From: Chiloscyllium plagiosum
Lineage: Eukaryota
DNA length: 64,000 bases
Assembly: GCF_004010195.1 (NCBI RefSeq)
Contig: NC_057726.1
Coordinates: forward strand, 61,669,835 to 61,733,834
Direction of reading: 5' to 3'
This document shows, piece after piece, positions 40,350 through 53,114 of this stretch; the stretch's first letter is position 1; each line of letters starts with the position of its first letter. Below the pieces are notes generated by a model, which worked only from the letters and a program-made list of their open reading frames with translations, was not told where the DNA came from and did no database searches. Made by a program: the position numbers and the translations under genes.

Positions 40350-43300
40350 GGAACATAGAACATAGAACATAGAACAATACAGCACAGAACAGGTCCTTCG
40401 GCCCACGATGTTGTGCCGAACATTTGTCCTAGCTTAAGCACCTATCCATGTACCTATCCAATTGCTGCTTAAAAGTCACCAATGATTCAGATTCTGCCAC
40501 TCCCACAGCCAGCGCATTCCATGCCCCCACCACTCTCTGGGTAAAGAACCTACCCCTGACATCCCCCCTATACCTTCCACCCTTCACCTTAAATTTATGT
40601 CCCCTTGTAACACTCTGTTGTACCCAGGGAAAAAGTCTCTGCCTGTCTACTCTATCTATTCCCCTGATCATCTTATCAACCTCTATCAAGTCACTCCTCA
40701 TCCTTCGCCGTTCCAATGAGAAAAGGCCTAGCACTCTCAACCTATCCTCGTACGACCTATTCTCCATTCCAGGCAACATCCTGGTAAACCTCCTCTGCAT
40801 CCTCTCCAAAGCTTCCACATCTTTCCTAAAGTGAGGCGACCAGAACTGCACACAGTACTCCAAATGTGTCCTTACCCCAAGGTCCTGTATAGCTGCAACA
40901 TCACCTCACGACTCTTGAATTCAATCCCACTGCTAATGAACGCTAATACACCATAGGTCTTCTTACAAGCTCTATCCACCTGAGTGGCAACTTTCAAAGA
41001 GCTATGAACATAGACCCCAAGATCCCTCTGCTCCTCCCCCTTAGTAAGAACCCGACTGTTAATCCTGTATTCCGCATTTTTATTTGTCCTTCCAAAATGG
41101 AAAACCTCACACTTGACAGGGTTGAACTCCATCTGCTACTCCTCAGCCCAGCTCTGCATCATATCTAAGTCCCTTTGCAGCTGACAACAGCCCTCCTCAC
41201 TATCCACAACTCCACCAATCTTCGTATCGTCTGCAAATTTACTGACCCACACTTCGACTTCCTCTTCCAAGTCATTAATAAAAATTACAAACAGCAGAGG
41301 ACCCAGAACTGATCCCTGCGGAACTCCACCTGTAACTGGGCTCCAGGCTGAATATTTACCATTTACCACCAGTCTCTGACTTCGACTGGTTAGCCAGTTC
41401 TCTATCCAACTGGCCACATTTCCCACTATCCCATGCCTCCTGATTTTCTGCACAAGCCTACCATGGGGAAACTTAACAAATGCCTTACTAAAGTCCATGT
41501 ACACTACATCCACTGCTCTACCGTCATCCACATGCTTGGTCACCTCCTCAAAGAATTCAATAAGACTTGTAAGGCAAGACCTACCCCTCAAAAATCCATG
41601 CTGGCTGTCCCTAATCAAGCAGTGTCTTTCCAGATACTCATAAATCCTATCCCTCAGTACCCTTTCCACTACTTTGCCTACCACTGAAGTAAGACGAACT
41701 GGCCTGTAATTCCCGGGGTTATCCCTATTCCCTTTTTTGAACATGGGCACAGCATTCGCCACTCTCCAGTCCCCTGGCACCATCCCCGTTGACAGTGAAG
41801 ACGAAAAGATCGTTGCCAACGGCTCTGCAATTTCCTCTCTTGCTTTCCACATAATCCTAGGATATATCCCTTCAGGCCCGGGAGACTTGTCTATCCTCAA
41901 GTTTTTCAAAATGACCAACACATCTTCCTTCCTAACAAGTATCTCCTCTAGCTTACCAGTCCGTTTCATACTCTCCTCTTCAACAATACGGTCCCTCTCA
42001 TTTGTAAATACTGAAGAAAAGTACTCATTCAAGACCTCTCCTATCTCTTCCGACTCAATACACAGTCTCCCACTACTGTCCTTGATCGGACCTACCGTCG
42101 TTCTTGTCATTCTCATGTTTCTCACATAGGCATAAAAGGCCTGGAGGTTATCCTTGATCCTACCCGCCAAAGATTTTTCATGCCCTCTCTTAGCTCTCTT
42201 AATCCCTTTCTTCAGCTCCCTCCTGGATATCCTGTATCCCTCCAACGCTCTGTCTTCCTTCCCTGACAGCCTGTGCTCCCAACTTATGCTCCTCAGATCC
42301 TGTCTTACAGCATCGTATTTACCCTTCCCCCAATTGTAAAACCTACCCTGTTGCACGCACCAATCTCTCTCCATATCCAAGGTGAAGTCACAGAATTGTG
42401 GTCACCATTACCAAAATGCTCACCCACTAACAAGTCCATCACTGGTCCCGGTTCGTTACCAAGTACCAAATCCAATATGGCCTCCCCTCTGGTCGGACAA
42501 TCTACATACTGAGTTAGAAAAGCTTCCTGGACACATTGCACAACCACCGCCCCGTCCAATCTACTTGAACTAAAGAGCTTCCAATCAATATTTGGGAAGT
42601 TGAAATCGCCCATGACTACTACTACCCTGTGGCTTCTGCACCTTTGCAAAATCTGTTTCCCAATCTGTTTCTCCACATCTCTGCTGCTATTGGGGGGCCT
42701 ATAGTAAACACCCAACAAGGTGACTGCTCCTTTCCTATTTCTGACTTCAGCCCATACTACCTCCAAAGGCAGATCCTCCTCGAACTGCCTTTCTGCAGCC
42801 ATTATACCATTTCTACTTAGCAACGCCTCACCCCCTCCTTTTTAACCACCCTCCCTAATCTTACTGAAACATCTGTAACCAGGAATCTCCAACAACTATT
42901 CCTGTCCCTCTTCTATCCACGTTTCAGTGATGGCCACAACATCGTAGTCTCATCCACGCTTAAGTTCACCCACCTTATTTCTGATACTCCTTGCATTGAA
43001 GTATACACACTTGAACCCATCTCTGTGTCCGCAAGTATTCCCTGTCAGTGATACCTTCTCCACAGTCTCCCTACATTCTTGGACATCCTGAGAAACAGCT
43101 TGCCTACTTGCTGGACTACAAGTCCGGATCCCATCCCCCTGCCAAATTAGTTTAACCCCCCCGAAGAGTGCTAGCAAACCTACCTCCCAGGATATTGGTG
43201 CCCTTCTGGTTCAGGTGCAACCCGTCCGGCTTGTACAGGTCCCACCTTCCCCAGAATGCAGTCCAATTGTCCAAATACCTGAAGCCCTCCCTGCCACGTG

Positions 43301-43930
43301 TTCAACTGCACTCTCTCCTTATTCCTTGCCTCACTGTCACGTGTCACCGGCCACAACCCAGAGATGACGACTATGTCCGTCCGAGCTTTTAGCTTCCAGC
43401 CTAACTCCCTGAGCTCCTGAATGACCTCCCCACCCCTCTTCCTACCTATGTCGTTGTTGCCAATGTGCACCACGACTTCTGGCTGCACACCCTCCCCCTT
43501 AAGGATTCTGAAGACATGGTCAGAGACGTCTCGGACCTTCGCACCCGGGAGGCAACAAACCAACCGAGAGCCTCGCCCATGTCCACAGAACCGCCTGTCC
43601 GTCCCTCTAACTATAGAGTCTGCTATAACTAGCGCTCTCCTACTCTCCCCCTTTCCCTTCTGAGACTCAGAGCCGGACCTCGTGCCAGAGACCCGGTCAC
43701 TGCAGCTTACCTCTGCTACGCCGTCCCCCCCAACAGTATCCAAAGCGGTATACTTATTGTTGAGGGGAACGACCACAGGGGATCTTTGCACTGCCTGCTT
43801 CCTCCCCTTCCCACCTCTATCTGTTACCCAGCTACCTCTGTTCTCTGGCGTAACTATGTCCCTGTAGCTTCTATCTATCATCCTCTCAGCCTCTCGAATA
43901 ATTCTCAGTTCATCCAACTCCAGCTCCCTG
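40350..43930 (-). mobile_element. Relatively young CR1 LINE in intron 4 of gene A (ORF1 SGNH-esterase-like; ORF2 EN-RT with an internal deletion)
   Basis: ORFs 43180..43917, 42305..42823, 41136..42380 ([15 protein letters not shown]) and 40429..40863; (TATGTTC)n tail. Confidence 0.95.
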
Positions 43931-44507
43931 GAGTTGACGGGAGAGACGGGAAAGATTGAATGTTCTATTGTCCTTTTAATTCATATACTTGCTTGTGTGA
44001 GTAATTTACTAAGTGCTCAAGCTACACCAGTAGCCTGCATTACCAAGTGTTACACCTCAGTTAGGAGTATATTATTTTCACAAATCCGGTCTTGGTACTA
44101 CTCACAACAGAGCAGACCTTTCCTCTTCTCGGATTTTAATTTGACAATCTAGTTCACATTGCGAAATTACTTCAAATTTAGCACCTGGAAGTAAAGTAAA
44201 ACAGTTTGGATACTCCGATATCACTTCAAAATGAATACAATTACACTTCTGACTTTAGAATAGGAAGGTTACGTATAAATCGAGTGGACAGTTCGAATGA
44301 GGGGATGAAATAAATCCACTCTATATTGTCATGTCGTATGGCTAATCACATAACTATTTGTGATATCCGCTTCATCCTTCAAAGGTGTAGGAAAGTGTTC
44401 ACATTTCCTCTGCAGTTAATCACGACACACCTGCACTTTGCGACTTAAAACGAGGATGACTGGGCCTTGGAAATTAAAAATATTCAGTGAAATAACGAAC
44501 GTCTTAC

Positions 44508-44636
44508 CAGCTGATGCCTTTAACTCGAGTCTTGTCAAAATTATTATCAATAGTAAAATTGCCAGCGAGCCAACTGCCCATCTAGAGATCAGCAGATAAT
44601 CTTTCCCTACAGGATCAATAACATTTGAATAAGAAA
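44508..44636 (-). CDS. Gene A exon 4: stalk and transmembrane segment with Arg
   Basis: Acceptor tgctttgcag|, donor G|GTAAGA, 129 bp, phase 1-1, open frame VSYSNVIDPVGKDYLLISRWAVGSLAILLLIIILTRLELKASA. Confidence 0.82.
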
Positions 44637-45744
44637 CTGCAAAGCATCACAAGATTTAGACAATGAGAATCGAGGTTAGGCAGAAGACGAACTGCAAAGG
44701 ACTGTCCCAGAGGATCCCGTCCATACATGTGAATCGGGGCTGATCCCTTTTATTTCAACCGTGTGATATGTGTTCAAGGATTATACTGTGGATCACATGA
44801 AAAATCAGTAATACAATTTATGGAGGGAACAGTTCCACAGAGATTTGGCAATCTTCAATTTGGGTTGTTTCTTAAGAAGAAAACACATTTTATGAAACTC
44901 GTCAATTTATATCAGCACCTGCTGCAAAACTGTCAAATTCTTAACTTCATCAGATTTAATGCAGATTACCTCCTGTAACATTTGGCAATTAATACGTGCA
45001 TCTTGCAATTATGTAACTCCTTTAACATGACCAGGTGTCCAACGCATTCCAGAGGTCCGTTATCAATACAATCCAGCCACTTACAGCAGATTAGAACAAA
45101 TGGATCAGAAACATAAATTTCTGGAGAAAGTCAACTGGTCTGGCAGCATCTCGTGGCGAGCGAAACCGAGTTAACTTTTCGAGTCCAGTGATTTTTTTTT
45201 TTCAAACAGATAGCAGCGAGGAACAAAGTGGTATATATACTGAAGACAGAGTTTGGTACTGTGGGGAGTTTGGGTAGGGAAACGAGTGAGTGGATCGGCA
45301 GAGATGGAACCAAAAGAATGGAACAACATGTGCACAGACAAAGGGATATATGACAACATGCCAGGAAGAAAAGAATGCTGGCAATGTGGAATATAACTAG
45401 ATGCTAACGAGTTGACTGTCCTGAAAGCTGTTCATGTCCTTAGTAGGACTTCGAGTGTGGGAGTAGGCAAAGGCCATAGAAGAAGGTGTTCAGGCCCGAA
45501 AATTGTTGAATTCGACATCATGAGTCCTGAAGGGTACAAGGTCCCCAAGCAGCAAATGAGATTCGGTTCTTCTAGCTTGCTGGAAAGCTGCAGCAAGTCC
45601 GAGACAGAAATGTTGGCCAGGGAACATGGTACTGTCTTGTATTGACAGGCAACTGAAAGCTAGATGTCATTTTTGAGGACAGAATGAAGATTATTTGCGA
45701 AGGAATTGCCTAGTCTGTGTTTTCTGTCCCCAGTGCAGAAGATA

Positions 45745-46974
45745 CAGCATTGCCTCTACACCACTGAAGCCAGATGCCAACTCGAGGACACCACTTCCTA
45801 CCGCCCCCTCGACCATGACCTTACCCCATCACCAAACCACCATTTCCCAGACCATACAGAACCTCATTACCTCAGGAGATCTCCCACCCAGAGCTTCCAA
45901 CCTCATAGTCTGGGAACACCACACTGCCCGGTTCTACCTCCTTCCCAAGATCCACAAGCCTGGCCACCCTGGCTGACCCATTGTCTCAGCATGCTCCTGC
46001 CCCACTGAACTCATTTCTACCTACCTCAACACTGTCATATACCCCCAGTCCAGGAACTCCCCACATACGTTCGAGACACCACCCACGCCCTCCACCTCCT
46101 CCAAGACTTCCGTTTCCCCGGCCCCCAATGCCTCATCTTCACCATGGATATCCAGTTCCTCTACACCTCCATCTGCAATTACAAGGGCCTCCAAGCCCTC
46201 CGTTTCTTTCTCTCCCGAAGGCCCCAACAGTACCCTTCCACTGACACTCTCATTCGTTTGGCTGAACTTGTCCTCACCCTTAACAATTTCTCCTTTGAAT
46301 CCTCCCACTTCCTCCAGACCAAAGGGGTAGCCATGGGCACCCGTATGTGACCCAGCTATGCCTGTCTCTTTATTGGCTACGTAGAACAGTCCATCTTCCA
46401 TAATTACACCGCCACCACTCCCCACCTCTTCCTCTGCTACATTGATGACTGCATTGGCGCAACCTCGTTTTCCCGTGAGGAGGTTGAGCAATTCATCAAC
46501 TTCACCAACACATTCCACCTCGACCTTAAATTTACCTGGACCATCACTGACACCTCCCTCCCCTTCCTGGACCTCTCCATCTCCATTAATGACGACCGAC
46601 TTGACACTGACACTTTTTACAAACCCACCGACTCCCATAGCTACCTGGATTACACCTCGTCCCATCCTACCTCCTGCAAAAATGCCATCCCATATTCCCA
46701 ATTCCTCCGCCTCCGCCGTATCTGCTCCCAAGAGGACTAATTCCACCATAGAATACACCAGATGGCCTCCTTCTTTAGAGACCGCAATTTCCCTTCCCAT
46801 GTGGTTAAAGATGCCCTCCAACCTATCTCATCCACATCCCGCACCACCGCCCTCAGACCCCACCCCTTTAACCGCAACAAGGAAAGAACACCCCTGGTGC
46901 TCACCTTCCACCCTTCGCATAAACCAAATCATCCGTTGACATTTTTGCCACCTCCAAACAGACCCCACCACCAG
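45745..46974 (+). mobile_element. Penelope-like element RT fragment, with an inverted fragment at about 45390-45740
   Basis: FYLLPKIHKP, TMDIQFLYTSI, QTKGVAMGT, YIDD and LPFLDL motifs typical of PLE RT. Confidence 0.88.
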
Positions 46975-47483
46975 GGGTTATCTGGGAATGATTATCTGGG
47001 GAGGGATTAGACAGCCACGGCTGACAAAGGAAGTCAGGAAATGTATTAAAGAAAAAGAGAGATCATATAAAGTGGCCAAGAGCACTGGGAAATCAAAAGG
47101 TTGGGAAGTCTACAAAAACAAACAAAGGATAACAAAGAGAGAAATGAGGAAGGAGAGGATTAAATATGAAGGTAGGCTAGCCAGTAATATTAGAAATGAT
47201 AGTAAAAGTTTCTTTCAATACATAAGAAACAACGACAGGCAAAAGTAGATATTGGGCCACTTCAAACTGATGCTGGAAGCCTAGTGATGGGAGATAAGGA
47301 AATAGCAGGAGAACTTAATAAGTACTTTGCGTCAGTCTTCACAGTGGAAGACATGAGTAATATCCCAACAATTAAAGGGAGTCGGGGGCTGAGTTAAGTA
47401 TGGTTGCCATTACAAAAGAGAAAGTGCTAGTGGGCGACATCCTAAAGTTCTGAGGGAGGTGGCTGAGGAAATAGCGGAGGCGT
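46975..47483 (+). mobile_element. CR1 ORF2 fragment running into the gap
   Basis: SKSFFQYI and ELNKYFASVFT motifs. Confidence 0.8.
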
Positions 47484-48160
47484 NNNNNNNNNNNNNNNNN
47501 NNNNNNNNNNNNNNNNNNNNNNNNNNNNNNNNNNNNNNNNNNNNNNNNNNNNNNNNNNNNNNNNNNNNNNNNNNNNNNNNNNNNNNNNNNNNNNNNNNNN
47601 NNNNNNNNNNNNNNNNNNNNNNNNNNNNNNNNNNNNNNNNNNNNNNNNNNNNNNNNNNNNNNNNNNNNNNNNNNNNNNNNNNNNNNNNNNNNNNNNNNNN
47701 NNNNNNNNNNNNNNNNNNNNNNNNNNNNNNNNNNNNNNNNNNNNNNNNNNNNNNNNNNNNNNNNNNNNNNNNNNNNNNNNNNNNNNNNNNNNNNNNNNNN
47801 NNNNNNNNNNNNNNNNNNNNNNNNNNNNNNNNNNNNNNNNNNNNNNNNNNNNNNNNNNNNNNNNNNNNNNNNNNNNNNNNNNNNNNNNNNNNNNNNNNNN
47901 NNNNNNNNNNNNNNNNNNNNNNNNNNNNNNNNNNNNNNNNNNNNNNNNNNNNNNNNNNNNNNNNNNNNNNNNNNNNNNNNNNNNNNNNNNNNNNNNNNNN
48001 NNNNNNNNNNNNNNNNNNNNNNNNNNNNNNNNNNNNNNNNNNNNNNNNNNNNNNNNNNNNNNNNNNNNNNNNNNNNNNNNNNNNNNNNNNNNNNNNNNNN
48101 NNNNNNNNNNNNNNNNNNNNNNNNNNNNNNNNNNNNNNNNNNNNNNNNNNNNNNNNNNNN
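47484..48160. other. Assembly gap (677 N) in intron 3 of gene A
   Basis: Run of N. Confidence 1.
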
Positions 48161-48834
48161 TACTTCCAATGCTAAATAAATCGTTTTTCGCATTTTGTCT
48201 CTTTAATGTACGTACAGTGGATATTTCGTTCCATTCTGGATGCCATATAAATAAAAAGATTGACGCAAGAAATGAATAACTGAATCAGAAATCTATTGTC
48301 TACGATGTTAAGTGACGATTTGCTGAAACTGGAACCTGATTTACAAGCAATGTTTGCCAGTTCATCATATGGTTCTACGTAAAACATAACAATGATAACA
48401 GGATGAAACGACTTGAGGTGGTGAAGAATAAATCAATTGACTTTCTCCCCTTCAGTATCTCAGGGTCACACTGATTTGTTTTCGTTCCTCAGAGACCAGA
48501 GTCTCTTCTAAGATCACTGGATCGCCAGTGTGTTTGACAGCTGGAACATTGACCAGTGAATTCAGAATGCACAGGCGTAGACCTTTTAAAATAAATGTAA
48601 ACCTGTTGGGACATATGTACAGGAAGGGAAAGCAATGACCTTTATGCTGTGGAACTGGAAATTGTGTTAATGATGTGCATAGCTTCCTATTGAAAATATA
48701 AAGCGCCAATTGTGCACAAGCCAGGATGAAGATAAGCCCCATAATTCGTGCTCCCATTCTTTGCACTGCAGTGCCACCATTGTGTAAAGGGCTGTTAGCC
48801 CCATCTCACCTCTGGAATTCTGCCCTTTTCTCCA

Positions 48835-49310
48835 TGATTGCAATGGTAGGTCTAACATACGAGGAACGGCTGAGGATCCTGGGATTGTATTCATTGGAGT
48901 TTAGAAGATTAAGGGGAGATCTAATAGAAACTTACAAGATAATACATGGCTTGGAAAGGGTGGACGCTAGGAAATTGTTTCCGTTAGGTGATGTGACTAG
49001 GACCCGTGGACACAGCCTTAGAATTAGTGGGGGCAAATTCAGAACAGAAATGCGAAGACATTTCTTCAGCCAGAGAGTGATGGGCCTGTGAAATTCATTG
49101 CCACAGAGTGCAGTGGAGGCCGGGGCACTGAATGTCTTCAAGGCAGAGATTGATAAATTCTTGATATCACAAGGAATTAAGGGCTACGTGGAGAATGTGA
49201 GTAAGTGGAGTTGAAATGCACATCAGCCATGATTGAATGGCGGAGTGGACTCGATGGGCCGAATGGCCTTACTTCCACTCCTATGTCTTATGGTCTTATG
49301 GTCTTATGGC
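48835..49310 (+). mobile_element. CR1 3' end
   Basis: RRLRGDLIETYKI and TRTRGHSL motifs; (TTATGGTC)n tail. Confidence 0.88.
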
Positions 49311-49940
49311 TCTATAACATCATTTTCCAGCCTTCCCAGGCAACACCTACTGCAAACTTTAGTGCGTACAAAAAGAACAACTTGCAATTTCAATGCACTT
49401 TTAACTGGATTAAAATAATTCAAGATACTTCTCAGCATCATTATCGTGACATTAGGACAGAAAGTAGTAAGACTCAAGAAGCGTCTTAAAGAAGGAAAGA
49501 CACAGCAGGAAGTGGAGAGGTCAGAATTTTCCAAATATTGGAGGTAGGCAACTGAAAACGTTGTTGGCAGAGAGCAGCTGAGCAAGATAAACAATATACA
49601 TGTTCAGGTTGCATAAATCACTTGGGTGGAAAGGATCAATTTTATTTGTACGCTCATTTCATTTAGCAAAAATTAATTGCCGAGTTTTCAACTTTTGATT
49701 AGTTTTCACATGAACCTCCCGTTTCAGATCACTTCAAGGAGTTATTCCTCAACCTGCATCTCCAAGCTATCTTAGAATATTTTGCATTGTTTCCATTTCT
49801 GCGGCATTGAGAATAAACACGGGTCGCATTATAATAATATGCTCAAATTTGAACAGCTGCCCAACGACTTAAAAAGTCGCGTTTATGATCTTATTTCCAT
49901 CACACCTCCAACTCCCTACTGGGAAAATTTTCGATCTTAC

Positions 49941-50237
49941 CTCGATTAAAGGAGTAGCTGACACTGGTGGGCACCTTAAGACAAGCATGAGATACCAGGC
50001 AGGTATAAACTACACTGCTCCATCCAGGTTGTGCATCTTTCAACGAACTAGTAACCTCATAGAGCCCATCCACGGTCTTGCTTCTCACAGTTTCTATTCC
50101 AGCATGAAGCTTGAAACCATCTTTTAACCAGGAGATACCTAGATCCTTCGGGTAAAAGGCTGTCGTTTTGCACTCGAATTTCAAATAATTCCCTGAAATC
50201 TCTTCCACACGATCGATTTTCAGGAGGGTTGGGGGAA
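49941..50237 (-). CDS. Gene A exon 3: Ig C1-set domain
   Basis: Acceptor tttctgttatag|, donor G|GTAAGA, 297 bp, phase 1-1. Contains CKTTAFYPKDLGISWLKDG, YEVTSSL and the Ig/MHC signature YTCLVSH. Confidence 0.93.
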
Positions 50238-52913
50238 CTATAACAGAAAGTAAAACATTTGTAAAAAAAATACACTCTCTTTTGTACTCCCTCTCCACTC
50301 TCCCTCCTTGCCCACCCCACGTTATGCTATTCCATTCCTGCTGTGACAACAGTTTTCCTCGTTATCATATTTTAAACTTGGTCTTTGCATTTATTTTTAA
50401 AAATGCACGGTGAAATGCTGGGATGTTTAGCAAACGATGCTCAAAAAGGATGATTCTGGGTGGAAAATCTTTAATAAAGTGCAGTGCTAACATAATCCCA
50501 GGGTTTTCGCTCTACTATAAATGAATTTCGGTTTTTGGACTTTCTTTTTTCCTGGAGGAGATTCTGCCTGTAGGGAACTTACGAATTAGGATCTGAAGTA
50601 GGTCTATCCAATTAGTAGGTCATTCGACCCTTTGAGCCTGATCTAACAGTCAATAAAATCATGCCTGCGATTTTTGTTTTCCTGATTTGTATTCTTGTCT
50701 TGGCCTGAACTCCACCAACCGGCCACTTCCCCCCACGCCCCCCCCAAAAGATCAATTCTACATTAACCGTTTATTAAAATGAATGTATACGTAGCTGGAA
50801 GTAATGTCACTGGGTTTGCATTGTTCTGCTGTTGATTACAATCAATATCCTTAACCTCTGTTCTCTACATGTTTATGGTTCCTGAATTTTAATAACAGGG
50901 AATTATTAAATTAGTTATGTTTTTCTCTTCCAAATTTATGCGAGCTGTTATTGCCAGCAAAGACTGAAAATTCTTCCATTTACCCCACAGATCCGCTTTA
51001 GATATCACAGAGTTCCCGTGGACAGAGGAAATAGTATTATCTTGGTCTCCTGTCATAAGTCCATTTGCATCGAAATATAAATTAAAGCGCAGGAGCGCAG
51101 AAGTTTATACCTACGCTTAGTGCTTTCCTTCCTTCACTTTGCCTGTTGTGCCTACATCAGAGAAAGTCAAGTTGAAGGACTACAGAGGATCAAGCACAGG
51201 CAATGAGTAACTTCACTGTCCTGCAAGCTTTAGGTCTGGGGATAGCATCCAGCATTGAGTGCAAGAACAAAACTTGCCCTACGCCAGATAATGTGATTCA
51301 CTTGTTAAAAGAAAGAGATTGATGTTGAAAACATTTTCGTTTCAAGCATGCACAGCCAAAACGTTTGGTCATTCCACTGTTGACTTTCTTGCATGAATAT
51401 GGCGTGGAAGCAGAACATTCCACCCATCGAGTTCAGATCTCCACAACTTCCTCTGTATTTCACTTAGGTTGTGGTTGAACTGTATCGCAACTCTTTTTTC
51501 TGTTTTTATTCTGTTCCTTTGATCCCCAGGATTAATTCCCCTTGATATCCATCTCAACGTTTGAACAATTCGGCACAGAATAATTCGGTCGGAAATTTGC
51601 AAGTTGAAAAATTATCTAGTTTTTGTCGCATATACATGTTATCATTCACTTGAATTTACAATGAATGCAAATTGTCGGTGCCAATTAGTAAGTCTTTATA
51701 ATCTTGTATAAGAAATTGATATAGGAGGAGTTAGAATTGTTCGGATGGAAGATTATAATCTGAAACGCTTTTGATCAATAAGAAAATCCAAGGGTATCGG
51801 GGGTGGACAGGAAAGTGCAGTTGAGACCACTAACACACTATCCACAATTTTATTGAGTGGCTGAGTAAACTCGACGGACAATGGTCTACTCTTGCTTCTA
51901 ATTCTTCTGCTCGTATTATATCTGTAGATGCTCAGATACATTAGAAGTGATTTCTGTTAGAATTTCACATTTCAGTGACCCTAGCACTTCATTTTTGTGT
52001 TAAGGTTGTTTCCATTGTCGAAATTTAGCACCATTATTTTGAGGTAAACCGAGCATCTTACACCATGGCATAAAAATCAGATATTGCTGGAGAAACTCAG
52101 CAGGACTGGCAGCTTAAGAATATAACAAATAGGAGTAGACGTAGGCCATCTCACCCGTCGAGCCTCCTCCGCCATTCAATAAGATCATGGCTGATCTTTT
52201 CTTGGACTCAGCTCCATTTGCCCAGCCGCTCACCATAGCCCTTAATTTCTTTGCTGTTCAAAAATCTATTATTGCATGAAAAAAAAATTTAATGCGGCAA
52301 CCTCAACTGGTTTACTGGGCAGGGAATTCCACAAGTTCACAACCATTTGCGTGAAGAGTTTCCTCCTCAACTCAGTCCTAAATCTGTATCCCCTTATTTT
52401 GAAGCTATCTGCTAAGCGAAAAGAGAGTTAACCATTCCAGTCAAGTGACCTTAAAAACCGTACTGAAAAAGGATCGCTGAACTCTAAACGTTGGCTCACA
52501 CAGATGCTGTCAGACGTGTTGAACTTCTCTCGAAATTTCTATTTTAGTTTCTGATTTTCAACATCCACTGTTCTCTATTTTATCATATTTCATGAATTAA
52601 TTTCACTCCACAATTTAAACAGTTATCCTGTTCCACTATCTTGGCGCAATATATTGTTTCTGCACGAAAATGTCACTCACTACATTAACAGCACTGTGCA
52701 ATGTCATGATCACAATGAGCAGTGGAATGTATCTTGAGAAATGGCACAAAACGGGCGAAAGCGAATCAATGGCCGTCATACAGCGAGGTCAACGGAGAAG
52801 AAATTCCCACAGTTGTGTGAAGCCAATAAGCTGTCACTGGAGTTTCCTCAAATTATAAAAGTTCAGATCATGTAAGTCACACAAAACAGCTAAAGGGTTG
52901 TCTGCCCCGGCAC

Positions 52914-53092
52914 AATGTTGAAGAGTGTGGTGCCGGAAAAGCACAGACGGTTAGGCAGCATCCGAGGAGTAGTAGAGTCGATTTTTCTGGCGTAAGCCCT
53001 TCATTCTGTTCCTCGCATGCTGCCTGGCCGACTGTGCTTTTCCAGCATCACACTCTTCGACTCTGATCTCCAGCATCTGCAGTCCTCACTTT
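52914..53092. mobile_element. Penelope-derived hairpin element about 20 bp from the V-exon donor
   Basis: Inverted arms gaagagtgtggtgccggaaaagcacag and ctgtgcttttccagcatcacactcttc. Confidence 0.7.
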
Positions 53093-53114
53093 CGCCTGGT
53101 ACAATGTAACTTAC

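Noticed and set aside
46021-46821. 266-aa minus-strand ORF
   Set aside because: Antisense shadow of the C-rich Penelope RT.
47372-48193. Long ORFs of 238-273 aa
   Set aside because: Artefacts of the N gap.
48452-48766. ORF with a hydrophobic N-terminus as an alternative TM
   Set aside because: No convincing phase-1 acceptor, and the exon at 44508-44636 fits much better.
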